DNA from: an uncultured Hyphomicrobiales bacterium
GTDB taxonomy: Bacteria; Bacteroidota; Ignavibacteria; Kapaibacteriales; UBA2268
Direction of reading: 5' to 3'
Assembly: GCA_964473465.1 (NCBI GenBank)
Contig: CAYYPE010000001.1
Location: 310,789-374,788 of the forward strand
DNA length: 64,000 nt
Shown here in pieces: positions 20,676 through 29,258 of this stretch (positions are counted from its first letter, which is position 1; each line of letters begins with the position of its first letter). The notes under the pieces were generated by a model. That model saw only the letters and a program-made list of their open reading frames with translations. It searched no databases and had not been told where the DNA came from. A program made the translations under genes and the position numbers.

Positions 20676-22367
20676 CTAATCATTAAGAATATTTTTAGAA
20701 ACAGCTTTTCTTTTGATGATAGCAAGAGTAACATCGTCAGATTGAGGAGCATTACCCTGAAATCTTTTTAAGTCTTCAATAACCATATTTTTTAATTTCT
20801 TTGCTGATGAATTGGAAAAATTTAGAACGATTTTTTTCAAATTATTTTCAGAAAATTCTTCATCTTTTTCATTTCGGGCTTCGGTGATTCCATCAGTATA
20901 GAGAAAAACTCCATCGCCCGGGTGTAAATCAAGATGCCCGATTGAATAATTATCATAATCCTCAAAAATGCCTAAAATTATCCCTCCTTCGGTAAGCTCC
21001 TTTTTAATTCCAGACTTATTATAATAATAGGGAGGGTTATGGCCTGCGTTAACATACTCAAAAGTGTGTTTGTTTAAATCCAGAATACCACAGAAAAAAG
21101 TAACAAATTTGTCTGCAGTTGTATTATCATAAATCACTTTATTAAGTCTTTTCAGCAATTGTTTCAGGTCGAGTTTCATAGGAGCTAAAGTTCTCAAAGA
21201 AGCCTGTAAATTGGACATAAGAAGAGCAGCTGGGATTCCCTTGCCTGATATATCGGCAATAGCAACAAGAATTTTTGAATCCTGAATTTGTATAAAATCG
21301 TAATAATCACCTCCAACATGCCTTGAGGGAATTGAAAAACCAACGAGTTCGTAGTCCTGATGTTCGGGAATCTCTCTTGGAAACAGATTTGTTTGAATTT
21401 CATAAGCAAGATTGAGTTCGCTCTGTAGTCTTTTCTTTTCAATTTCCTCGTTGAAGAGACGTGCATTTTCTATTGCAAGAATGGCTAAATTTCCGAGTGA
21501 TTCAATAAAGTCTAAATTTTCCTGTGAATATTCTTCGTTATTTAATTTTTTTCCAACTAATAAAATTCCTTTGAGGTTTCCTTGAACCATCATCGGTGAG
21601 ATGACAGAAACCTCAGAGTTTGTTAATTTATCAAAAAGCGATTTACTCAAATTGGCTTTTGAAGTTAGAATAGTGGAATTGATATTATTAATAGATTTTA
21701 TTAAATGAGTATTTATTTTTAAATCGAGCCGATTATTTATAAATTCAAATTTATCGTTGGAGTCAAAAAGAATAATTGCAAATCTTGAAACGAGCAACTG
21801 TCCCATTAATCTGAAAGAGAGAATTTTGACAATTTCGTTTTTGGACAGAATCAAATTGAAATCCTTGCTCATTTCGAACAAGGTGTCAAGCAATTGATTG
21901 CGTAATTCAAGTTGTTTGTTAGCGGCAATGATTTCTTTATACTGCTTAATGTTCTGTATTGCAATAGCAGTGATGTTAGAAATCAATTTGCAATAGAATT
22001 TTTCGACTTTCGCAATTCTTTTCCCGTCAATTTTTTTGTCGAGACAAATATATGCAAATGTTCTTTCGTTGTAATTGACGGGAATACAAAATTGATAGCC
22101 AATTTTTTTTAGGTGTTTTTTTGATATTTGAGAATCATTTGTAATCTGGTTATAATCAAAGTGTAGATTTTCAGCGTAAGGATTATAACCCTTTTGGATT
22201 GAGGTAACATATTCATTTGTGTCATTCAATTCAAAAACGCACCCCTTAATAATTTTTAATTTACCCATCATTGCAAGCAAGGCTGAATTCAGGATAAGCT
22301 TTTCGTCATTAATTTCATTTAATTTTGCACTAAAATCTATTAATGATTCGAGATTTATCTGTAGCAT
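20676..22367 (-). CDS. GAF-sensor PP2C-type (SpoIIE/RsbU-like) serine phosphatase
   Basis: C-terminal PP2C/SpoIIE motifs HVGGDYYDF, VAIADISGKGIPAALLMS, DGITEA. N-terminal GAF-like regions. 563 aa. Confidence 0.75.
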   Translation of the reverse strand: MLQINLESLIDFSAKLNEINDEKLILNSALLAMMGKLKIIKGCVFELNDTNEYVTSIQKGYNPYAENLHFDYNQITNDSQISKKHLKKIGYQFCIPVNYNERTFAYICLDKKIDGKRIAKVEKFYCKLISNITAIAIQNIKQYKEIIAANKQLELRNQLLDTLFEMSKDFNLILSKNEIVKILSFRLMGQLLVSRFAIILFDSNDKFEFINNRLDLKINTHLIKSINNINSTILTSKANLSKSLFDKLTNSEVSVISPMMVQGNLKGILLVGKKLNNEEYSQENLDFIESLGNLAILAIENARLFNEEIEKKRLQSELNLAYEIQTNLFPREIPEHQDYELVGFSIPSRHVGGDYYDFIQIQDSKILVAIADISGKGIPAALLMSNLQASLRTLAPMKLDLKQLLKRLNKVIYDNTTADKFVTFFCGILDLNKHTFEYVNAGHNPPYYYNKSGIKKELTEGGIILGIFEDYDNYSIGHLDLHPGDGVFLYTDGITEARNEKDEEFSENNLKKIVLNFSNSSAKKLKNMVIEDLKRFQGNAPQSDDVTLAIIKRKAVSKNILND

Positions 22368-22476
22368 AAATTGAAATCTAACTTAATATTTAAAAAAATT
22401 AGTATCAAAAGATAGAAATTTAATAATTTTTTAACTATTTTTATTTTTTATTTATAAGGAGTGGGTTAGAACAAAA

Positions 22477-22660
22477 ATGAATGCCAAATCAATCATGCTT
22501 GTTTTTTTCACTTTCATTATTTTTAAGCTGTCAGGATAACGCTTCAATATATAAACCACCAGAAATAATCAAATTTTTTTCACTAAAGGTTAGTAATTAT
22601 TGGGTTTATAAAACAATTGATATTGATACCAAATACAATGAAATATCCGGAAACACTTAA
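22477..22660 (+). pseudogene. Frameshifted or decayed small lipoprotein gene fragment; T7 homopolymer at 22502..22508
   Basis: ATG at 22477 gives MNAKSIML, then a frame change in a run of 7 T. With one T fewer the frame reads MNAKSIMLVFSLSLFLSCQDNASIYKPPEIIKFFSLKVSNYWVYKTIDIDTKYNEISGNT* (lipobox FLSC). Coding-like text continues downstream in a third frame (IDSFVIEKSREVIRKMVYIIYMYEEVE), suggesting a degraded gene. Confidence 0.35.
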
Positions 22661-22757
22661 ATAGATTCATTTGTTATTGAAAAATCAAGAGAAGTTATTA
22701 GAAAGATGGTATATATCATATATATGTATGAGGAAGTTGAGTAAAGCAGAAGTTTTA

Positions 22758-24284
22758 TTATTTATTTGAGAAAGCAGCCAGCCGCATACATATTAAATCC
22801 TGAAGGTTATGAGCCAATGTTTCCGGGACAGTATGGTTCATAATCATTATGGCATAAGCGAGTAGCTGATTATCTTTGCTGCGGACATAACCACATAATG
22901 AAGAATTTGATTGAAGAGACCCCGATTTAGCATAAACATTGGTCTCGGCAAGAGATTTAGTCATCCTTTTTTGCAAGGTTCCGGGTTTACCGGGAACAGC
23001 TAAAGAATTAATAAAAACATCTTTATGTTTTGAATTATACATATAGGAAAGTAATTGTATCAGGTATTTTGGGGCAATCATATTCATCCTTGATAATCCG
23101 GAACCATCTGCAATGGAAATTTTTTCGGGGGGGATTCCCAATTTTGATAAAAACTTTTTTATGCAATCCAGTCCAGATTCGGTTGAGCCAATTCCCGTTA
23201 CCTCCTTGCCTATAGTTTTTAATAAAGCCTCGGAGACTAAATTATTGCTAAATGAATTAACAACATTGATAATCCGGCTAAGTGGGGGAGATTGAAAGCT
23301 GCAAAATGGTTTGAGCTCATTGAAGGTGAAATCAGGGTATATATCATCAATGTTTAACAAAGCTCCTTTGAACCTGATATTTCTGTCTTCGAGACCCTGC
23401 TTGATGAATGAAAGGAAGAATATTGCCGGGTTATGTATTGAAACAGAAATACTTTTCTGATGTTTGAACAAGGAATCGTATTTGATAGATCCAAATAGTT
23501 CAATATTATTGGAGGCAAAGTCTTTTCTCGGATATATTATTGATTCACGATTTGAGACAGTCAGAACATTGTTGATGATTTTAACATAATTTGTGGGGGG
23601 ATTAGTATTAACAATTGATAATGTGTTTGTTTTTTTTGAAGGCTTAACAATGATGTCAATTTTATTATCATTGAAGGATAGGGCATCAATTTGAGCTGAA
23701 TATGGATAGACAATATCATCAATAGCCCAGCCAGAGCAGTAATAATTATTATCGAAATATCTGTTGTCGGCAATCAGATTTCCTTTAATTGACTTAATTC
23801 CGAGAGAGTCAAGTTTATTTACAAAGAAATCCATCACGGTCATCGGGTTTTCGTAGAAGTATTCGGAGAAAGTTGGGTCTCCGGATGCACGAAAAATTAG
23901 ATTTCCGACAAATTCATTATTGCTTTGAACTTTACCATCGAGATAAAGACTTGTTGTATATTGAAAATCGGGACCGAGATATTCGAGAGCAGCGGCTGTG
24001 GTGAACAATTTCAATGTAGAAGCAGGTATAAAGTTTTTAGAATCATTCTTTCGGTAAAGAAATTCACCTGTTTCGATTGAAAAGACGGAAACCCCGATTA
24101 GAGCATTTGCAAAATCGGGGTTATCGAGAATTCCATCAATATCTTCCTGAAGTAATTGTAAGGGCAGCTTTATTTGTTGCTTTGATTGATGCCTTAAAGT
24201 ATCCTGAGCAAAAGATTGATAATGAAAGAAAGCAACTGTAAAAACAATGGCATAAAGGATATTAATTTTTAATTTATGATTCAT
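22758..24284 (-). CDS. dacB: D-alanyl-D-alanine carboxypeptidase/endopeptidase, PBP4 family (S13)
   Basis: Signal peptide. SxxK (PASTLKLFT), SGDP (RASGDPTF), KSG (YAKSGSL). 508 aa. Confidence 0.75.
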   Translation of the reverse strand: MNHKLKINILYAIVFTVAFFHYQSFAQDTLRHQSKQQIKLPLQLLQEDIDGILDNPDFANALIGVSVFSIETGEFLYRKNDSKNFIPASTLKLFTTAAALEYLGPDFQYTTSLYLDGKVQSNNEFVGNLIFRASGDPTFSEYFYENPMTVMDFFVNKLDSLGIKSIKGNLIADNRYFDNNYYCSGWAIDDIVYPYSAQIDALSFNDNKIDIIVKPSKKTNTLSIVNTNPPTNYVKIINNVLTVSNRESIIYPRKDFASNNIELFGSIKYDSLFKHQKSISVSIHNPAIFFLSFIKQGLEDRNIRFKGALLNIDDIYPDFTFNELKPFCSFQSPPLSRIINVVNSFSNNLVSEALLKTIGKEVTGIGSTESGLDCIKKFLSKLGIPPEKISIADGSGLSRMNMIAPKYLIQLLSYMYNSKHKDVFINSLAVPGKPGTLQKRMTKSLAETNVYAKSGSLQSNSSLCGYVRSKDNQLLAYAIMIMNHTVPETLAHNLQDLICMRLAAFSNK

Positions 24285-24332
24285 TTCAGGTTGAAATAGA
24301 AGTATTTGAATTTAATAATATTAACATTTAAA

Positions 24333-24986
24333 TTAATAATCCTCATCGTGAATATTTACTGTATTGAAAAGGAAATTTAAACCAAGGGAAAGCTGGGCTG
24401 GCTGTGGATTAAACTTTAATGCCTCAGAGTTATATAAACCGGATAGGACATATCCACCCTGAATGATAAAATTCAGGCTACCGGCAGAGGTATTAACAAG
24501 CTCCAACAAGGCTCCAATTTTGAGTTCAAGAAGGGTAGCCATATCATCTGATTTGATATCCTGCTGTGGTGAATTTTTGCTTTCGGAGATTTGACCACCC
24601 ATAGGGAATCCGATATTTAATCCTGCAGTGAAACCAGAGAAATAAAAAGATGGACCAATGGTAAAATAACTAAATCTTTCGACCCAGTTTACATCTTCGT
24701 TGGCATATATTTTCAGCTGATAGGCATAGCTGGAATAAGCTAAATCCAATACAGCTCCAGTTTGACCATTGGGTGTGAAAGGAATAAGAATAGTAACTCC
24801 AAAATCGGGTAAAGGAACAACTGCAAAACCATTTTTGATGCCCTGAGGTGGATCTATGGTATTAACTCCCCCCTTTCCAGTAATGAAAGGACCGACTTTA
24901 AGAAAACCTTTAGTCATCAGTAATTCATCATCAGCGAGGACAGGAATAGCTATCAGCAATAGAATAATAAAAAATATTCTTTTCAT
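24333..24986 (-). CDS. Putative outer-membrane beta-barrel protein
   Basis: Signal peptide MKRIFFIILLLIAIPVLA (the second Met is preferred as start). Alternating amphipathic beta-strand pattern rich in G/Y/F. C-terminal aromatic (..DEDY). Confidence 0.4.
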   Translation of the reverse strand: MKRIFFIILLLIAIPVLADDELLMTKGFLKVGPFITGKGGVNTIDPPQGIKNGFAVVPLPDFGVTILIPFTPNGQTGAVLDLAYSSYAYQLKIYANEDVNWVERFSYFTIGPSFYFSGFTAGLNIGFPMGGQISESKNSPQQDIKSDDMATLLELKIGALLELVNTSAGSLNFIIQGGYVLSGLYNSEALKFNPQPAQLSLGLNFLFNTVNIHDEDY

Positions 24987-25129
24987 AAAAACTCCAAATA
25001 ATGAAAAAAAGATATGTTTCAAAAACTCAAATTTAGAAAAATAATTGTGTTTTCAATAAATAAAAATGGATAACGTCAAAAGTTTTCTAATTAGATGAAA
25101 TCGTATGTAAGTATATTTTATAAGTAGTT

Positions 25130-26995
25130 ATGGAGTTTAATCAAAACCAGAAGATTCAGGCTTATGAATTTAAAGCAGAAATGAAACAGCTCTTGAATTT
25201 GATTATCCATAGCCTATATACACATCCGGAGGTATTTTTAAGAGAGCTGGTTTCAAATTCATCCGACGCTCTCAATAAAGTAAGATTCCGAAGACTAACC
25301 GACAATAATATTCTTGAACCAGAAACCGAACTCAAAATTACTATCAGCTTAAACAAAGATGAACAAAGTATTGCAATTGAGGACTCGGGCATTGGAATGA
25401 CAAAAGAAGAATTGATTGAGCAAATTGGAACTGTTGCAAGTTCTGGAACTCTGCAATTCTTTCAAAAATTGAAAGAGGAAAAAAATACCTTAGATGCAAA
25501 TCTAATCGGTCAGTTCGGGGTTGGTTTCTACTCAGTTTTTATGGTTACTGAAGAAGTAACTATCGATACAAGGGGTATTGAAAAAGATTCAAAAGCTTAC
25601 CGCTGGAAATCCAAAGGGGACGGTTTTTTTACAATTGAGGAAATTGAAAAATCAAATCGTGGCACTAAAATTTATTTTAAGTTAAAAGATGAACACAAAC
25701 AATTCTGCGATGAAAACAAAGTTAAATCAATCCTGAACAAGTATTCAAATTTTGTTGACTTTCCAATTTATGTCAATGGCGAAAGGGTTAATACTGTTAC
25801 TGCGTTATGGCATAGAAGGAAGGAAGATATAAAGGAAGAAGAACTAAATGAATTTTATAAATTTATTAGCAATGATTTTGAAGCACCTCTGGGACATCTG
25901 CATCTTTCACTCGAAGGGATTTTGAATTTCAAAGCATTACTATTCATTCCACAGTCAGCTCCACATTTTTTACTAAGGGATTTCAATGAGAAATCTCTTT
26001 TGCTTTACTCAAAAAAAATATTTATTCAAGACGACTGCAAAGAACTATTGCTCGACTATCTTAAATTTGTTAAAGGTGTTGTTGATACTGAAGATTTGCC
26101 ATTAAATATATCGAGGGAAGTGACTCAATATTCCCCGGTGATGGCAAAGATTAATAATATTCTAACTTCAAAGATATTATCATTTCTTGAGGACTGGTTC
26201 AATAATGATAAAGAGAAATATTTAAAGTTTTTCAGAAATTTTGGCTCAATCTTTAAACTTGGATTAAATACAGATTTTAGCAATAGGGAAAAAATTATTG
26301 ATTTGATGTTGTTCGAAACCTCAAAAACAGACAAAGATGAACTAATATCTTTGAAGGATTACGTTTCGAGAATGAAAGAGAATCAAAAAGAAATTTATTA
26401 TGTCATAGGCAATTCAAGAGAAGCCATTCAGAAAAATCCGAATATTGAATATTTCCTTAAAAATGATTATGAAGTTTTATACCTGACCGATCCTGTTGAT
26501 GTTTTTACGATTCCTCAAATAGGGGAGTATGATAAGAAAAAAATAGTTTCAGCAGATAAAAGTGACATTAAATTTGATGAAAGCGTTACGAATACTCCAG
26601 ATGCTCTTAGCCCTGAACTTAGTAAAAGGTTACTGGATGTTTTTAAAAGGATTCTTGGTGACAGGGTTGAGGATGTAAGGGAATCCTACAGGCTTGTTGA
26701 ATCCCCTGTTACTCTTGTTGTTGGTAAATCGGGGATGGACAAACAGCTTGAAAAAATGATGCAATATATGGATAAAGAGTTCAAGGCACCAAAGAGGATA
26801 CTTGAAGTAAAAATGTCCCATCCGATAATAAAGAATTTAGCGAAGAGAATTATAGCTGATGAAAGCGATGAAATAGTCAGGATAACTGTATTGCAGCTCT
26901 TTGAAGGAGCCTTACTAATGGAAGGATATCTGTATGAACCTGCTGAATTTGTCTCGAGGATGAATGAGATCATATTAAATGCAACAAAAGTTTAA
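25130..26995 (+). CDS. htpG: Molecular chaperone HtpG (Hsp90)
   Basis: GHKL N-terminal domain YTHPEVFLRELVSNSSDAL, GxGxG (IGQFGVGFYSVFMV). 621 aa. Confidence 0.95.
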   Translation: MEFNQNQKIQAYEFKAEMKQLLNLIIHSLYTHPEVFLRELVSNSSDALNKVRFRRLTDNNILEPETELKITISLNKDEQSIAIEDSGIGMTKEELIEQIGTVASSGTLQFFQKLKEEKNTLDANLIGQFGVGFYSVFMVTEEVTIDTRGIEKDSKAYRWKSKGDGFFTIEEIEKSNRGTKIYFKLKDEHKQFCDENKVKSILNKYSNFVDFPIYVNGERVNTVTALWHRRKEDIKEEELNEFYKFISNDFEAPLGHLHLSLEGILNFKALLFIPQSAPHFLLRDFNEKSLLLYSKKIFIQDDCKELLLDYLKFVKGVVDTEDLPLNISREVTQYSPVMAKINNILTSKILSFLEDWFNNDKEKYLKFFRNFGSIFKLGLNTDFSNREKIIDLMLFETSKTDKDELISLKDYVSRMKENQKEIYYVIGNSREAIQKNPNIEYFLKNDYEVLYLTDPVDVFTIPQIGEYDKKKIVSADKSDIKFDESVTNTPDALSPELSKRLLDVFKRILGDRVEDVRESYRLVESPVTLVVGKSGMDKQLEKMMQYMDKEFKAPKRILEVKMSHPIIKNLAKRIIADESDEIVRITVLQLFEGALLMEGYLYEPAEFVSRMNEIILNATKV

Positions 26996-27022
26996 AAAAT
27001 TTTAATCATATAAAAAAAATAC

Positions 27023-27052
27023 TTGACGAACCCTATTTCAATATTGTATATT
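27023..27052 (+). promoter_or_regulatory. Candidate sigma-70-type promoter for queA (TTGACG-N18-TATATT)
   Basis: TTGACG at 27023..27028 and TATATT at 27047..27052, about 60 bp upstream of the queA ATG. Pattern match only. Confidence 0.25.
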
Positions 27053-27113
27053 ACACATAATAAATTGTCAATTTTTACTAAAGATTCTGTTATTTTTTAA
27101 TATAGGTCAAATA

Positions 27114-28157
27114 ATGAAACTTTCTGAATTTAAGTACTCAATGCAAAAAAACGTGGTTGCAAAATATCCTGCAGAACCAAGAGATTCAGCCCGATTGATG
27201 GTCTTAAACAGAGAAACAGGTGATTTAGAAGAGAAAATATTCAGGGATATTATCTCTTATATGCACAAGGGAGATTGTATCGTTTTAAACGAGACAAAAG
27301 TTTTTCCTGCAAGGTTATATGGTAAGAAGGAAAAAACAAACGCCAAGATAGAAGTAATGCTACTGAGGGAGCTGAAAGCACCGGAAAGGATATGGGATGT
27401 TCTGGTTGAGCCGGCAAGAAAGGTCAGAATCGGCAATAAGATATATTTTGATAATAATAGATTTTACTGTGAAGTAATTGATAACACAACTTCACGCGGA
27501 CGAACTGTAAGGTTCAGCTATGATGGGAATTTGTTTGATGTTATTGAGCGAATTGGAGAGATGCCCTTGCCAGACTATATTAAAAGAGACCCCACCGAAG
27601 AAGATAAGGAATCGTATCAGTGCGTTTTTGCCAACGACGAATGCCTTGCTTCAATAGCACCACCCACTGCCGGATTGCACCTTACCTCTGAACTATTAAA
27701 AGCAATTGAAAACAAGGGGGTTAGAATTGCAAAAATTTTACTAAATATAGGTCAGGGAATTTTTGAAAAAATTGAAGTAGAGGATTTGACCAAGCATAGA
27801 ATGTATTCTGAATACTTTTACATTTCGAGAGAGGCTGCCGAGACGATAAATAAATCTTTGAAATCCAAAAAGAAAGTCTTTGCTTTCGGGGCAAGTGTTG
27901 TGCGTGCACTTGAATCATCAGTCTTAACATCCGGGACTGTTAAACCAAATAAGGGATGGACTGATAAATTTATTTATCCCCCTTATGAATTCAAAATTGT
28001 TAATAATCTTGTTACCAATTTTCATCCACCTGCATCTCCTTCATTGCTACTTTCAGCAGCTTTTGCAGGTAAGGAAAATTTATTTAAGGCATACAAGAGG
28101 GCAATGAAGCAGGAATATAGATTTTATGCCTACGGAGATGCTTTATTAATTTTTTAA
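27114..28157 (+). CDS. queA: S-adenosylmethionine:tRNA ribosyltransferase-isomerase
   Basis: N-terminal LSEFKYSMQKNVVAKYPAEPRDSARLMVL and the QueA core. 347 aa. Confidence 0.9.
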   Translation: MKLSEFKYSMQKNVVAKYPAEPRDSARLMVLNRETGDLEEKIFRDIISYMHKGDCIVLNETKVFPARLYGKKEKTNAKIEVMLLRELKAPERIWDVLVEPARKVRIGNKIYFDNNRFYCEVIDNTTSRGRTVRFSYDGNLFDVIERIGEMPLPDYIKRDPTEEDKESYQCVFANDECLASIAPPTAGLHLTSELLKAIENKGVRIAKILLNIGQGIFEKIEVEDLTKHRMYSEYFYISREAAETINKSLKSKKKVFAFGASVVRALESSVLTSGTVKPNKGWTDKFIYPPYEFKIVNNLVTNFHPPASPSLLLSAAFAGKENLFKAYKRAMKQEYRFYAYGDALLIF

Positions 28158-28388
28158 TTTTATTTATCATTCCGGAATTAATATTATATCTTATTTCATT
28201 AATGATAAGATACTAATTATTACTCTGTTTCTAATAATAAAAAATACAACTATTGTGCATAGATGTTATTATTCTTGTTGCATTTCTATAAAGTTGATTT
28301 TATCAAAAAAATAATTAGGATAATTCATCAATTAATTTTAATTTTATTAACGCTTTCGGGGGGTTCTTAATTTTTTTTTGGAGATTTT

Positions 28389-28814
28389 ATGAATAATGTT
28401 CAGCTATTGGATATGTGTTCAAGAGCCGGCACAGAGGTTCCGCTCTTTACTATGTCAGTTCCGGCAGGATATCCTGATGTAATCGAGCCGGACGTTGATA
28501 AGGTCGTTGATTTGAATGAATTTCTGATTGAGCATCCAGCAACCACACTATTTGCAAAAGTAACAGGGGATTTTGGGAGAGGGGCTGAAATAAGAAATGG
28601 TGATATCCTCATTGTTGATAAAGGTATTGAACCAAGTGATGAAAAATATGTCTTGGTTTCAGTAAATGGAGAGATGACTGTCAAAATATACAGGGAAATT
28701 GACAATGAGAAGTATTTAATTTCAGCGAATCTGTCATTCATTCCATTAATGCGGCAAGAATATATCAGTCATCAATTAATTGGTGTTGTCAGAAAAGTTA
28801 TACATCCTTTATAA
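28389..28814 (+). CDS. UmuD-like S24-family protein lacking the catalytic serine (GDFG in place of G[D/E]SM); retains a UmuD-like cleavage-site region
   Basis: 141 aa. VPLFTMSVPAGYPDVIEPDVDKVVDLNEFLIEHPATTLFAKVTGDFG aligns with E. coli UmuD [47 protein letters not shown]. The nucleophile Ser is Phe (DNA GAT TTT GGG at about 28570). The general-base Lys is retained (EMTVKIY). Confidence 0.75.
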   Translation: MNNVQLLDMCSRAGTEVPLFTMSVPAGYPDVIEPDVDKVVDLNEFLIEHPATTLFAKVTGDFGRGAEIRNGDILIVDKGIEPSDEKYVLVSVNGEMTVKIYREIDNEKYLISANLSFIPLMRQEYISHQLIGVVRKVIHPL

Positions 28815-28828
28815 TCGGTTAATTAGAG

Positions 28829-29257
28829 ATGAAGGCAAGGAAGGTAGTTGATATTAGCCGTCAATTGAGGTTTGAATTCGAAAGTGAGCTGGTGACTGCC
28901 AAAACTCATCCCAAAATTAAAAAACATTCAAAATCCGAGAAATCTGAACTTGATTTGAGCAGAATGCTTGCACCACATCCAGAAAACACATATCTTGTCA
29001 GGGTTACAGGCGAAAGTATGATAGGGAAAAATATTTTTGACGGAGATATTCTGGTGGTTGATAGAAGCGAAAAACCAAGTTCAGGAAAAATTGTAATCGC
29101 ATCTTTAAATGGAGAGCTGACAGTTAAAACCTACGTTGAGAAAGATGGGGAGGTATTACTTGTTTCGGCTAATAAAAAATTCGTTACCAGAAAAATAGAG
29201 GATTATATAGAGTTCCAGATTCAAGGCGTTGTGAAATATGTAATTCACGATTTATGA
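28829..29257 (+). CDS. S24-family (LexA/UmuD-type) peptidase domain protein with intact Ser/Lys dyad; basic N-terminus without HTH or cleavage-site motif
   Basis: 142 aa. VRVTGESMIGKNIFDGDILVVD (Ser) and GELTVKTY (Lys). The first 50 aa are Lys-rich and have no A-G or C-G site. Confidence 0.75.
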   Translation: MKARKVVDISRQLRFEFESELVTAKTHPKIKKHSKSEKSELDLSRMLAPHPENTYLVRVTGESMIGKNIFDGDILVVDRSEKPSSGKIVIASLNGELTVKTYVEKDGEVLLVSANKKFVTRKIEDYIEFQIQGVVKYVIHDL

Positions 29258-29258
29258 T

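Noticed and set aside
28389-29257. Tandem S24 genes considered as lexA
   Set aside because: Both are about 140 aa with no N-terminal winged-helix DNA-binding domain. The first aligns along its length with UmuD and not with LexA.
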